64,000 nucleotides of DNA from Leucoraja ocellata (GCA_036785375.1 JAWMAR010000040.1:7626001-7690000); one strand, 5' to 3'. Positions 25,500-38,234 are shown, counted from the stretch's first letter. The notes: a model not told the origin generated them from the sequence alone. Numbers and translations are program-made.

Positions 25500-27800
25500 G
25501 CTAGAATAAGCTGATTGGGTTGAATGTTCTGAAACACATCCTATGCAGTATGGAGGGATGTATTGAGCAAAGACAAATGCACAGGTTTCAAGCTGACAAG
25601 TGAAGATATCCTTGAGGATGAGTGATAATGGAATTGAACGGAATGTGGTCATTTATCAAACTTTTTTGGGGGCTGTGCTCACTTACAACACTCCACTCCT
25701 CAGAGTCCTGGATCAAGTAGATGAGTCTGCTGCTTACTCCAAGTGGGGAAAAAAGCAAGTGTGTATGTGGTAGAAAACAAGATGACGAGATTAATTTAAT
25801 GGACAAGATTAAACAATTGAGCAGATCCAGAATTGTACAGGCACCAATAATGGGGAAGAGCGAGAGTAACTAGACAGTTTAAAGTGCATCTGTAAGGAGC
25901 TAGGAGACCAATTTTCATTTTGAAAAATGGGTGATGATGATGGAAGCTGTTGGGATGAACAAGTTTTCATTCTATAATTAACTCGCAACAAAACACCAGA
26001 GCAAAAACAAATATGCACTCACCTTGGCAAGCAAATATCCTCCGATGCCTCCATTAAGATACCTCTTAACTCATCTCACCAAACCTGCTCCCAAACATGG
26101 AATGCATTAAAGAAAGCAATCCTCTGGTACAAAGCGTGCCAATCACTCATCGCAGCTAAACCAGGAATTTGTTGAATGCTAGGTGGGAGCCAGTTTTCAG
26201 CATGGAGAGACACAGAACGACTGAGGAATAATAGAAGCCAAATATTTATATTCTATCTGTAATTTGTTTCCCTTCATAAGAACAAAATGTCGCCCATGCA
26301 TAATTACAGGACCGTGTTACAATGGACGGGCAGGCATGCTATGGATGAAATAGACAATTCCCTGAAAGTGTTTGTACCAGATTATAAAGCTCATAAAAAT
26401 AATTTATAAAATTAGAAATGAGAGCCATTGATGAAATCGTGGCAGGTCAACAGTATTCTAAAATGCATTCACTGTAGATGGTCCATCAAAATGAAAACCA
26501 TGGACAAGGAGAGGCTTGAGACTCTAGGAGCATTCAGACTGGAGCAGAAAAACATCAGTATAATTCAAAGGTTTTGTTAAAATGCTTAAATGCGTTGATT
26601 AACTAAACAGGAAAACCTATTGTCATTTTAGGAATCTTTTTTAGTTTGCTGCGGGGAAGTGTTAATGGACAAGGCGTTAGCTTAAGATTGTACTTTTGGG
26701 TACAAAAGTAGGAAAGAAAGTAGACAGGCCATTGGCACAGTAGATACAATATATGGGAACATTTGAGGCTGTCAAATTATTGTGGATTTCTAAGAGAAAC
26801 CCAACAGGGACATGGATGAATGGCTTCTTCTTTGCTAAAAACGTGGCTCATTATAATGTGGTGTCAAGTCGAGAAGAATATCAAGCCAAGTCTCTTTGGA
26901 AATTTGCAGCTACAGGAAATTGTTCTTCCCACAGGATCAAATCTGTTAACAGATTGTTCCAGTGAAGGGCATTATCACTTTAGATGACAATTCGCTACAA
27001 TATTGTTAACGAAGTTGACAAAAAAACTAAATTTTGCTGGTGGTGCCACAATTTTTTAAAGACCCCCGAGTATGCACCACAACTTAGAAGTCATATGAAA
27101 TGTGAAAAGTAATGTTTGATGGTGTTTTAGGTGATACTAAGCCGGGCGGCTGCTGTGTGCAGAGGTTCTTAGTGGTGCAATAGATGAATCACTGGTATTA
27201 ACTGGACATTGATAATTGTAGATCAGCACAGGGTAAAGTGTTTACTTTGGAAAATTGGCTTTGGGATATTTCAAATTTGGGTTCCAGGATTACAGATGAG
27301 ATTGTCAGTCTGTCTTGACCTCCATGCCAATCCTGATAATACACAAGTAATTGGCAAAAGCAATATTTTAATCATGAGCCTGTCATGCAAAATACTGACT
27401 AATATTTTACTATTCACTATTTCCTTTTCTGGACAATGAGATCAAGCCAAGAAGGTGAAGGTCATCGTGGAAACAACTTTATGGCGCAAGGTTTGGCCTG
27501 AATGTCTGTAATTTGAGGAGGATGTAATTAAAGATTACAAGGACATTGATAGCTGCATCTCGCCTTTCCCTCCAAGAAAACATTCCAACTTTGGAGCCCA
27601 GCAGACTATCATTTTTTATTTCTTCAAATAGTGCAAATAGATTTTGAGTTTGTGCATCGTCCAAGTTTGCGAATAGCACCATAGGCCCGCATATTCACTC
27701 TTTCTTGAACTGGGGGATTCTTCTGAGTTGTAACTGTGCTTCGGATGCAATTGTATAGAATCTTTTACTCGTTGGAGAACCCTTAACTCTTGGTCCAGCT
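25500..27800 (+). pseudogene. Highly decayed LTR-retroelement/endogenous retrovirus gag-pro-pol fossil
   Basis: Ordered motif remnants: CYN-GRA(G)H knuckle 26315; TGAE 26538 and PIVILGI 26616 (protease); NGFF 26819, VLPTG 26922, LDD 26980, VQRFL 27157 (RT); KVK/GH.GNN..A..LA 27452-27498 (RNase H); VQIDF 27631, IGP 27681, SFTRW 27761 (integrase). Confidence 0.55.
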
Positions 27801-27809
27801 CAAATCTAA

Positions 27810-28060
27810 ATTGGGTGGTGCTGCAGTAGAGTTGCTGCCTTGCAGCGTCGGAAACCCAGGTTCGATCCTGACTAAGGCTGCTCTTTGTACAGAGTTTGTA
27901 CATTTTCCCTGTGAACGTGCAGGTTTTTTCTGGGTGCTCTGGTTTCCTCCCACACTCCAAAAATGCACAGGTTTGTAGATTAAGTGCCTTTTGTAAATTG
28001 TCCCCAGTATGTCGGATAGAACTAGTGTACCAGGTGATTTCTGGTCGGTGTGGATTCGGT
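27810..28060 (+). mobile_element. V-SINE (HE1-like)
   Basis: gtagagttgctgccttgcagcgtcggaaacccaggttcgatcctgac head followed by V-domain. Confidence 0.85.
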
Positions 28061-28272
28061 GTGCAGAAGATCACATTTTTTTTTTTTAAAAGGCTGAAAC
28101 CATGAAAATTAACAGTTGATATCTCCCACTGGCAGAAGCCCCCACACCCTGCAATTCAGACACTAACCACCCTGCTGTATCTTGCATTAGTCTTGCTTAT
28201 TATACTTTAATTCAATAATACATGATTGCTAATTAAAAGTTTTTGTAAAAGTATAATCTAATGGTTTGAGTT

Positions 28273-28590
28273 TGTTACCTGCCCCCAGTTAAAGGAACAG
28301 TTATTCTAGCCAATTGCCTTCCTGCTCTCTTGTGACATTTTGTAGACCTCCCTCCCACACTGAACTAACCAGGAACCTTGATTTAAAAAAAATCAATTCA
28401 CCAATGATGGCAAGTCTCTGCTTAAATGTGCAAAGTATAAAGCTGCAGCATTCAAATTTGTATTTGGCAATAAATATCCTGCTTTTGCCTCTCCTTGAGG
28501 TCTTATCTAGTGGTCACCCTTGTCTAATCGGCTTATTATTGAAGACTTGCTTGTTCTAGCTACGTTCCAGCTAAGCTGTTCCCAAACAGC
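28273..28590 (+). mobile_element. Candidate LTR downstream of the gag-pol fossil
   Basis: Begins TGTTAC, with CCAAT at 28401, TATAAA at 28436 and AATAAA at 28469 in LTR order. No PPT or matching 5' LTR recognised. Confidence 0.3.
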
Positions 28591-28619
28591 TGCAATACTG
28601 GTGTCAAATAGAATTTGGC

Positions 28620-29050
28620 TTGGGAATGTTCTGTCCTTTAAGAAGGGAAGTAAAGTGAAACGAACCTAGGGAATTATTGGCAGCGAGCCCCGCATCAGTG
28701 GTAGAGAAGCTATTTGCTCCCATTTGGAGGAGAATAGTTTAATTGGGAACAAGTCAGAATGGCTTTGTACACGACAGGTCATGTTTTACTAACTTGATTG
28801 AGATTAGAGCATGTGACCCTGGTCATTTATGAAGGTAGGGCGGTGGATGTTGTCTACATGGATTTTAGGAAGGCATTTGGTGCCCCGCATGGTAGGCTTA
28901 TCCCGAAGATTGGAGTACATGGTATTAACAATACCTTGGTTGTATGGATTTGGAACTGGCTTACTGACAGATTTGTGGTGGAAGGACAATATGCTGGTGG
29001 TTGGTGACCAGTGGAGTACAACAGGGATCTCTGCTGGGACCTCTGCTGTT
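28620..29050 (+). mobile_element. Decayed CR1 RT fragment
   Basis: EGRAVDVVYMDFRKAF..PHGRLI.KI and VTSGVQQGSLLGP remnants. Confidence 0.8.
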
Positions 29051-29069
29051 ATAATAATATATTATATAA

Positions 29070-29510
29070 TATATAGCATCTGTGGAGGCAAAGGGGTGAG
29101 TTATATCTCCCCCACCCGCATCAACTATACTGTGCTGCCTTGGAAAAGCAGGTAACATAATCAAGGACCACTTACACAGTGGCCATTCCCTCTTCCCTCA
29201 TCCATTATGCTGAAGATACAATAGCTTGGAAGCATGTACCACCACATTCAGAAACTGCTTCTTCCCCAGTGTAATCAGGCTACTGTTTGACTTCTTGTAA
29301 GCAAAGAGTGTGATTCTGATCGCCCAGCCTACCTCGTTGCCTTTTTACTTGCATTTTCTCTGTAGCTGTAACATTGTAACTGTAACACGTTTTCTCTGCA
29401 CTGCCTGTTGTACATATGTATGGCTTGATAGCACTTGAGCTAGTCAATTCATTCTGTACGCAAAGGAAAAGAAAATCGCCGTTTCTCAGTACATGTGACA
29501 ATAATATGTC
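29070..29510 (+). mobile_element. Decayed Rex1/Babar 3' end
   Basis: CLGKAGNIIKDH...TTTFRNCFFP, with tail gtgacaataa. Confidence 0.7.
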
Positions 29511-29639
29511 AACACCATGTTTTGGGTCAGAATCTGTTTTGGGAGATAGGGTAGAAATGTGCACCACTAGAGGGCATTGGTATAATGTGAGAGGGAAAAG
29601 TTTAAGATATGTGGGGCAATTTTGTCTTTAACGCCCAAG

Positions 29640-31987
29640 TGGGGATCTGGAATGCATTGCAAGCGGAGTCTGTAGACTGGGCAATGTTCAGGGACTTGGC
29701 AACGGACCTGAATGAATACGCCACAGTCGTTACGGCCACATAAAGAACTGTGTGGAGGACTGCGTCCCAGCAAAAACATTCCGAGTGTTTCCTAACCAGA
29801 AGCCTTGGATGAACCATGAGATCCGCACTCTTCTGAAGTCCAGATCCTGGGCATTCAGGTCTGGAAATGCAGAGGTCTACAAGAAGTCTAGATGCGACCT
29901 TGGTAAGGCCATCAAAAAGCCAAAGAGACTTCTGCTCCAAGCTGGAGGATGAGACGAATGTTCGGCAACTGTGGCAGGGCTTGAATGCCATCACCTCCTA
30001 CAATACGAAATCAGGAGGCAGCTCAATTGTCAGCGAAGCATCACTAACGAGCTCAATGTGTTTTACCCACTCTTTGATAGGGAGAACACAAATGTGCCTT
30101 CCCGAGCCCCCAATCACCGTGATGGTATTTCAGTCACAGAGGCCGACGTCAGAAGATCCTTCAGGGTGGGTGAACCCACGGAAAGCACCTGGACCTGATG
30201 GTATACCCGGCTGTGTTCTAAAAAACCTGTGTGGACCAACTGGCAGGAGTTTTTACGGACATTTTCAACCTCTCACTTCTGCGATCTGAGGTTCCCACCT
30301 GCTTTTAAAGGGCATCAATAATACCGGTGCCCAAGAAGAGGAAGGTGTCGTGCCTCAATGACTATCGACCAGTGGCACTAACATCTGTGGTGACGAAGTG
30401 CTTTGAGAGGTTGATTATGGCACAATCAACTACTACCTCGACAAGAACCTTGACCCATTGCAGTTTGCTTACTGCCAACAGATCAATGGTGGATGTGATC
30501 TCACTGGCTCTCCACTACGCTCTAGACCACTTGGACAATAAAAACTTGCATGTCAGGCTATTATTCATTGACTACAGCTTGGTGTTTAACACCATCATCC
30601 CTCCAAGCTGGTTACCAAGCTCTCAGATCTGGGTCTCTGCACATCCCTCTGCAATTGGATCCTCGACTTTCTCATCCACAGACCTGCAGTAAAGTAAAGT
30701 AAGTAAGTAAGTTTATTGGCCAAATATTCACATACAAGGAATTTGCCTTGGTGCTCCGCCCACAAGTAACAACATGACATACATTGACAGTTACGAATGA
30801 CTCCGAAAACACTAAACATTAATAATAATAAAGCATTAATGATAAGACACCATTGCTCAAGCATGTGAACCAACAAATACCAGATCTAAGGGAGGCTACA
30901 GATTTTTGGCTGTTGAGTACAGCAACTACTCGTGGATAAAACTGTTTTTATGTCTGGCTGTGGCAACTTTGACAGTCCGGAGTCGCCTTCCAGAGGAAGT
31001 GATTCAAAAGAGTTTGTGGCTAGGGTGAGAGGCGTCAGAGATGATCTTGCATGCTCGCTTCCTGGCCCTTGCAGTGTACAGTTCATCAATGGAGGGAAGG
31101 TTGCAGCCAATAATCTTCTCTGCCGATCGGACGATTGTGGTGGAAATGTGTCATCCTCGATAACAATCAGCACTGGAGCACCTCAAAGCGGCGTGCTCAG
31201 CCCCCTGCTGTACTCGCTCTATACTCATGAATGTGTAGCTGGACATTGTACGAACTCCATCATCAAGTTTGCCGACAACACCACTGTTGTGGGACGAATC
31301 ACTGATGGTGACGAGTCAGAGTATAGAAGTGAGATCAACCGATTGACCAAATGGTGCCAGCACAATAACCTGGCTCTCAACACCAGCAAAACCAGGGAAC
31401 TGATTGTGGACTTTGGAAGGGGTAGGATAGGGACCCACAATCCTGTTTATATCAACGGGACGATGGTGGAAAGGGTCAAGAGCTTCAAATTCCGGGGCGT
31501 GCATATTTCTGAAGATCTTTCCTGGTCCCTACACAGTGATGAAATTATATTATATTAAAAAAATAAAAAATAAAAAAAGCACATTACCACCTCTCCTTCC
31601 TGAGAAGATTACGGAGAGTCAATATGTCAAAGAGGACTCTCTCAAACTTCTACAGGTGCACAGTAGAGAGCATGCTGACTGGTTGCATCGTGGCTTGGTT
31701 TGGCAACTTGAGTGTCCTGGAGCGGAAAAGAATGCAGAAAGTTGTGACCACTGCCCAGTCCATCATCAGCTCTGACCTCCCCACCATCGAAGGGATCTAT
31801 CGCAGTCGCTGCCAACATCATCAAGGACCCACAACATCCTGGTCACACACTCATCTCTCCTTTGCCATCTAGGGTAGAAGGTACAGAAGCCTGAAATCTG
31901 GTACATCCAGTTCAGGAACAGCTTCTCCCCACAGCCATCAGGCTTTTAAACTTGCCATCAAACAAACTCTGAACTATAACAGCCTAT
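29640..31987 (+). mobile_element. Frameshifted Rex1/Babar ORF fragment
   Basis: RVFPNQKPWM, KAPGPDGIPG, LNDYRPVALTSVV, LFIDYS..FNTI, TGAPQ.GVLSPLLYSLYT, IIKFADN and FYRCTVES in successive frames, running into the assembly gap. Confidence 0.9.
30688..31135 (-). mobile_element. Rex1/Babar 3' fragment nested antisense in the older Rex1
   Basis: Minus strand FESLPLEGDSGLSKLPQPDIK region plus tail gccaataaa(cttac)n, interrupting the host RT. Confidence 0.75.
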
Positions 31988-32345
31988 NNNNNNNNNNNNN
32001 NNNNNNNNNNNNNNNNNNNNNNNNNNNNNNNNNNNNNNNNNNNNNNNNNNNNNNNNNNNNNNNNNNNNNNNNNNNNNNNNNNNNNNNNNNNNNNNNNNNN
32101 NNNNNNNNNNNNNNNNNNNNNNNNNNNNNNNNNNNNNNNNNNNNNNNNNNNNNNNNNNNNNNNNNNNNNNNNNNNNNNNNNNNNNNNNNNNNNNNNNNNN
32201 NNNNNNNNNNNNNNNNNNNNNNNNNNNNNNNNNNNNNNNNNNNNNNNNNNNNNNNNNNNNNNNNNNNNNNNNNNNNNNNNNNNNNNNNNNNNNNNNNNNN
32301 NNNNNNNNNNNNNNNNNNNNNNNNNNNNNNNNNNNNNNNNNNNNN
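31988..32345. other. Assembly gap (N run)
   Basis: Run of N bases. Confidence 1.
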
Positions 32346-32459
32346 GACACACTGAAATGTTCTGTATTTATGCCTACAATATTCTGTTGTGCTGCAGCAA
32401 GCAAGAATTTTATTGCCCTGTCTGAGACACATGACAATAAACTCTCTTGACTTGAGTTG

Positions 32460-33030
32460 ACAGATGAGTATAGCACAGGAATGGACCCTTTGACGCATAA
32501 TGTTTACGCCGAACATGATGCCAGGTTAAACTGATCTCATCTGCCTGTACGTGATCCATATCCATTTGTTCCTTGTGCTTCCATGTGCCTGTCTAAAGCA
32601 TCTTAAATGCCACAATCATATCTACCTCAACCTGGCAATGCGTTCCAAATTTCACCGTTTTATTTAAAAAAAACTTGCCCCGCACATCCCAATTAAACCT
32701 TCCCTCTTTCTCCTTATGCCATCCAGTGTGAGACAATTATAAAGAAAGCGCATCAGCGCCTCTACTTCCTGAGATTTTCCACCCTGGGGTGGAAAATGTT
32801 CTGACATTCTACCCTATATATGCCTCTCATTTTTATATATTTCTATCAAGTCTCCATTCGACCCCTGACATTCCAGAGAGTGTTGTTTAGAGGCTTTTAG
32901 ATAGGCCAATGGAAGTGCAAGGAATAGAGGGATATGGCCCGTGTACAGGCAGATGAGATCAGTTCAACTTGGCATCATATTTGTCACAAACTTTGTGGGC
33001 TAGAGTTTATGCTGTACTTTTCCATGTTCT
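32460..33030. mobile_element. CR1 3' fragments in opposite orientations
   Basis: Minus-strand CR1 3' end at 32460-32880 followed by a plus-strand 3' tail at 32885-33030. Confidence 0.65.
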
Positions 33031-33299
33031 ATATTCCAGATCCCAGCAGTTGCAGTTTATTGTCTTCAATCCCATTGGTGTACTTCATCATCAAAGCAAA
33101 GACTTTGTTGATGGTGCTCTTGAATGTTACATCAATAACAACAACACCAATGATCAATTTAGTTTCCAGCAATATTACTTTTCTCCAAACTTCAACATTT
33201 TATTTGGAAAGGATAGAATTTTATTTGGAAAGGAGAAGAATACCAGAGGTGTGATATCAGATTGATTGTGGCCTCAAACATCCCTGGCAATATTCTCAA

Positions 33300-33745
33300 A
33301 TCAAGTCATTTACAGTGCATAGATGATACACGACAAGGGAATAATGTTTAGTGTAAGGTAAAGAAGGCAAAGTTCATTCAAGGATAGCCAGAGGGTCATC
33401 AATGTGGAAGATAGTGGTTCAGGGCAGCTCTCTGTATGTGGTAGGATGATTTGGTTGCCTGACAACAGCTGGGAAGAAATTGCCCCTGAATATGGTGATG
33501 TGTGTTTTAACACTTCTATGCCTTTTGCTTGATGGGGGAGGGGAGAAGAGGGAGTGGCCAGGGTGTGACTCACCCTTGATTATGCTGCTGGCCTTGCCGA
33601 GGCAGCATGAGGTATAAATGGAGTCAATGAATGGAGGTTGGTTTGTGGATGATCTGGGGTGCTTCCACAATTCACTGCGATTTATTGCAGTCTTGGATGG
33701 AGCTGTTCCCAAACCAAGCTGTGATGCATTCTAATAAAATGCTTC
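33300..33745 (-). mobile_element. Rex1/Babar 3' fragment
   Basis: ORF 33419-33712(-) reads IDSIYTSCCLGKASSIIKGESHPGHSLFSPPPS.KR..S. Confidence 0.85.
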
Positions 33746-33965
33746 ATATAAAATGCTTTCTATTTCTGCAGATGTCTGGTGCTAATAAATGGCAAAAAAA
33801 TATTTGAGTTAAAGAGAAACGTCTCGACACAAAATGTTACCCATCCATGTTCTGCAATGATACTGCCTGACCTGAGTTATTTGGGCTGGCTTACCATAAA
33901 TTGAAGGCAGTGGAATGATGGATTATCTGCTTAAAATATAGATAGTTTCAGGATTTTGTGACTTA

Positions 33966-34331
33966 AGGGCCTGTCCCACTGTACGAGGTAATTCAAGAGT
34001 TCTCCCAAGATTTCTCCTGATTGAACTCGGAGAATGTCCGTAGTGGGTCCATAGGAGTTTGTGGATGTCCAGTAGCGGCTCGTACGAGTAACGGTAGGTA
34101 CTCGGGAAATCAGGTAAATTCGTGATGTTTTTTCAACACTGCAAAATGTCCACAAGTTAAAAAATAAATTAAAAAAAATACTCGTGATGAAAATTGTTTT
34201 TACCTTTTACTCGTACAAGCCGCTACAAGACATTCACGAACTCCTACGGACATTCTCCGGAGTTTGAATCGGGGGGGGGGGGGGGGACACGGGAGAACTC
34301 TTGAATTACCTCGTACAGTGGGACAGGCCCT
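33966..34331. mobile_element. PIF/Harbinger MITE
   Basis: Long perfect TIR agggcctgtcccactgtacgaggtaattcaagagttctccc, with TTA/TAA flanks. Confidence 0.92.
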
Positions 34332-35554
34332 TAAATGAGCTCTTTACATAACATTTCACCAAAGTGAAGAAGCAATTTGTTCAAGCATAGCAATACTTAA
34401 AATTCCTTTAGCTGTAAATCATGCATATTGGACAGGATAATGTGATAGCCAAATGGAAAGATAATAAGTTCAGACATAGCATATGTCACCAGACAAGATT
34501 TCCAAATCTTGCCTTTGGTGGAACTATGCACAGCTAATGAGTCCAGAATAAATTCCAAAATGTATAAGCATATGAACAAGATGGATGCCTTCTTTTATAC
34601 TGGCATTACCAGCATCTATAATCTCTCCTGCCTGGATGCCTGCTGTGCTTTATTTAGGCTTATAATCAAGATTACTAGAGCAGTTCCTCCAGTGCCTTTA
34701 ATAGGGGAGGATGCATTTAACTGAAGGCCCAGTTAGAAAAATTGGGGCAATCAGCAGATGGTATTTAAAGATGAGCAGATGCAGTGCAAACCAATCTCCA
34801 TTCTCTGATCTTCAGGTTGTATGTCAGTGGATTGTGTCTACTTTCTTTAGTGTTGTGCAACTATCTAGATTGAGTAAAGTGGTACTAAAGCTTTCTCTTA
34901 AGTTCGTTTATTCTGCAATGTGGTGATGTCCTCTGCTGAGTATTACGAAATAAAGTGCAGCACTCAACCAAAGTTCTTGCTGAGATGATTATCATAATGT
35001 TTGCTGCCAAGTTAAAATCTGGAAATCCATATTTTAAAAACGTTATCACCCCAACCCATCTTCATCGAGGACATTTGTGGACCTCAATGGTACCTCCTTT
35101 ATTCAAGATAGAAGGGAGATGGCAAGTCCATCACTATAAGGTAGCTAGGCTAACATCTGTCATCACAAAATGGGTTGAGGTATTTTTAAGGAATTAGTAA
35201 CAGGATACTGGATCATCGTACAAAGGCACTAAAAGAGCTTTTAAATGGGGATTTCCAGAATGTGTTTTTCCAACAACTGCTTTTGAGAGCAAAGCCTTCA
35301 TTGCATGGATTGAATGGGACACTAGATGTGCTTGGCCCATCCTTCACACCACTGAAGCTCATAAATTATCACTCCGATCCCAAAGTCCTGCATAAAATTA
35401 TCAATGCCTTCCTTTGCTAAAGAACTATTATTTTCCTTCATGACCTTGATCCTTCTGCCATTTTTAGCATGAATGCATACTGAAAGTTGTGGCTGCAGAG
35501 CCAGGAGTGGTGTTGATTGTAATCTTCTGACACCTCAGCAGATTGGAGAGCTTG

Positions 35555-35825
35555 TAGGTAGCACAGTGGTGCAGCAATAGATTTGCTGCCTTACAAAGCC
35601 AGGAACCTGTGTTGGATCCTGATTACAGGTGCTGTCTGTACAAAGTTTGTATGATTTTTGCTGTGTGCTCTGGTTTCCTCCCACATTCCAAAGATTTGTA
35701 AGTTAATTGTGTTTTTTTTTTTAAAGGTAAATTGTCCTTTGTATAGGATAGTGCTCGTGTGCTGGGTGATCGCTAGTTGGTGGGGCGAAGGGCCTGTTTC
35801 CGTGCTGTATCTCAAGTTTAAGCTT
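35555..35825 (+). mobile_element. V-SINE (HE1-like)
   Basis: ggtagcacagtggtgcagc head, V-domain and gaagggcctgtttccgtgctgtatctc tail. Confidence 0.85.
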
Positions 35826-35941
35826 CAAATGCAACTCCATATTTCAAAGAAGGGAAAGAAAATGCCAAGGCTGCTTGTGCTAAGATCTATCATCAAAAAA
35901 CTGCTGTGCCCATTATTAAGGAGATGGTAACTGTCATATTT

Positions 35942-36479
35942 TAGAAACATAGAAACATAGAAAATGGGTGCAGGAGGAGGCCATTCAGCCCTTCGAGCCA
36001 GCACCGCCATTCATTGTGATCATGGCTGATCGTCCCCAATCAATAACCCATGCCTGCCTTCTCCCCATATCCCTTGACTCCACTAGCCCCTAGAGCTCTA
36101 CCTAACTCTCTCTTAAATCCATCCAGTGACTTGGCCTCCACTGCCCTCTGTGGCAGGGAATTCCACAAATTCTCACCTCAATCTTAAATGACCTCCCCTT
36201 TATTCTAAGACTGTGGCCCCTGTGTCTGGACACGCCCAACATTGGGAACATTTTTCCTGCATCTAGCTTGTCCAGTCCTTTTATGATTTTATATGTTTCT
36301 ATAAGATCCCCCTCATCCTTCTAAACTCCAGTGAATACAAGCCTAGTCTTTTCAATCTTTCCCCATATGACAGTCCTGCCATCCCAGGGATCAATCTCGT
36401 GAACCTACGCTGCACTGCCTCAATCACAAGGATGTCCTTCCTCAACTTAGGAGACCAAAACTGTACACAATACTCCAGA
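35942..36479 (-). mobile_element. Young CR1 3' fragment
   Basis: [33 protein letters not shown]...[11 protein letters not shown], with (catagaaa)n tail. Confidence 0.9.
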
Positions 36480-36655
36480 GCGAAGGAAATAGGCAATGTT
36501 TCGAGACAAAATCCTTCTTCAGAGTCTGAAGAGGGTTTCAGCCCGAAACGTTGCCTATTTCCTTCGCTCCATAGATGCTGCTGCACCCGTTGAGTTTCTC
36601 CAGCTTTTTTGTGTACCTTTGATTTTCCAGCATCTGCAGTTCCTTCTTGAACACA
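36478..36655. mobile_element. Head-to-head Penelope-derived hammerhead element
   Basis: Inverted partial copy 36478-36523 joined to gtctgaagagggtttcagcccgaaacgttgcc (36524-36555), which has the canonical core without the extra A. Confidence 0.85.
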
Positions 36656-36929
36656 AACTTGGCTTGATAAAATTATTTCTTATTTGAGGAGAATTTAACT
36701 AATGGGATGAATAAAGGGGAAAGGAATGAAGTTGTGCTAGTTGATCAGGTGCCAGATCCTTCTGCACAAATATAGAATCATGGTATTGAAGGTAGTATAT
36801 TAGCATAGGCTATGGATTGATTAGAATGAGTGGGGAAAGATATAACGTGGCAAAATGAGATCTATTTTGGCAGAGAGCAGAAGAGGGTCAGGTCAGGGGG
36901 AGTCGTTCCCCCCCCCCCCCCCCCCCCCC

Positions 36930-37310
36930 CCGCCACGAGTACCATGTAATCCCGTGCTACCTGCTCCATGGTCGGATAGTCGGCGACTAAACAGTCTCCC
37001 CCACCTGGTTTGCCAGGTGAGGAAGGGGTTGTGGACCCCCAGCAGGACCAAAAACAAGACCTGTCAAAGGGCGGTGAGCTTCTAACGAGCCAAAGGCCAC
37101 CCATACTTCAGTAGAAGATGTGATCACTGTCATACATAGCATTGTAAGGAATGATGATAAAGCACACACACTAAAATCCTATACATCCAGCGGCGGAAGT
37201 CCACAGTAACTGGAGGACAGAGATGTGTGGTACGTCCGTCACTGTTCCCGTTGGAAACCAGCACCACTGCGTCGCTAATGTTTTCAATGATGGTGAATGA
37301 ATGAAAAAGA
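36930..37310 (+). mobile_element. Probable RTE-derived bipartite non-autonomous element
   Basis: GC-rich RTE-like 5'UTR (actaaacagtctcccccacctggtttgccagg), LEDRDVW-like C-terminal remnant and tgaa-repeat tail, sitting between CR1 pieces. Confidence 0.45.
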
Positions 37311-37489
37311 ATGTAATGCTTGTAAGAAAAGGAAATTCAACTCCTCGTGCCTGCCATCCTAGCAAGGGTTGATATTTTACCTTTGTGCCACTTTCCTGTA
37401 TTGACTTCATATCCGTTGACTGAATGACCTCTGTTCTTGCATAACAAAAAAACCCGGTTAACATACAAATATTGGCATACAAATGATTA

Positions 37490-38010
37490 AGCAAATGGAA
37501 TTTTGGCATTTATTGCAAGAGAAATGGAATACATAAGTAATGAACTCTTGTAGTTTTGGCCTCTTTATTTAAGGAATACACTTGTATTGGAAGCATTACA
37601 GCAAAACTACTGGATGGACTCTTGGGATAAAGGAGTTGCCATGAAACAGCAAGTAAGCCTTAACTAGCTTGGCCTTGGGGAAAATGAGGCAACATCTCTA
37701 AAATGTAAAGCTTTGACAAAATTAATGTCATTGAATTGCAGCCAAAATTATGGGGTACAAATTCAGCATGAAAAGATGCCCATTTAAGATGGGCAAATAC
37801 ATTTCTTTTGAGGATTGAGAATCTTTGGAATTTTCTCTGAGTTATAAAGTAAACTTGAGGCTGAGAAAAGATTTTGGAAAATTGGGGAATCCAGAGTTAT
37901 GGAACAGAAAGGAATGTGTAGTGCATGCCAGCCCTCGGATCAGCATGATCTTATTAAATGTGGCACTAACGCAAGAGGCCCTATACTCTACTCCTGATGC
38001 TATTGTATTC
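37490..38010 (+). mobile_element. Very decayed CR1 3' fragment
   Basis: GILAFIAR..EY.S remnant and gatcagcatgatcttattaaatg 3' UTR. Confidence 0.6.
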
Positions 38011-38234
38011 TTGCGATTTTAAATACTCTCCTGACAATTGTATCCTTCCTCCCAAATTTGCTTTGTATAGATTTAGTATGACTATATCCTGCCATTACTG
38101 AAAATCTTGGAGAATCAGTTGAAAAGCTATGTACTGTTTTCCACAGGGTTTTTCCAAATTTACAGCAGTATGAATTGGTAGTAACAATACATTAAAACTG
38201 CACAGTTTTAGTTGTGTATATTCAAAGGTTTAAT

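Noticed and set aside
26022-26220. Minus-strand exon with good splice sites (ttcctcag|...caag|gtgagt)
   Set aside because: Stops in all three frames, and it lies antisense within the gag-like fossil. At most a non-coding exon, with no support.
27810-27880. tRNA gene
   Set aside because: tRNA-derived head of a V-SINE continuing into the V-domain; no complete cloverleaf. The same applies to the other SINE heads.
27479-28074. Minus-strand ORFs that look protein-like
   Set aside because: Antisense shadow of the integrase remnant plus a SINE; no recognisable family
31958-32516. Three long minus-strand ORFs
   Set aside because: Artefacts of translating the N gap
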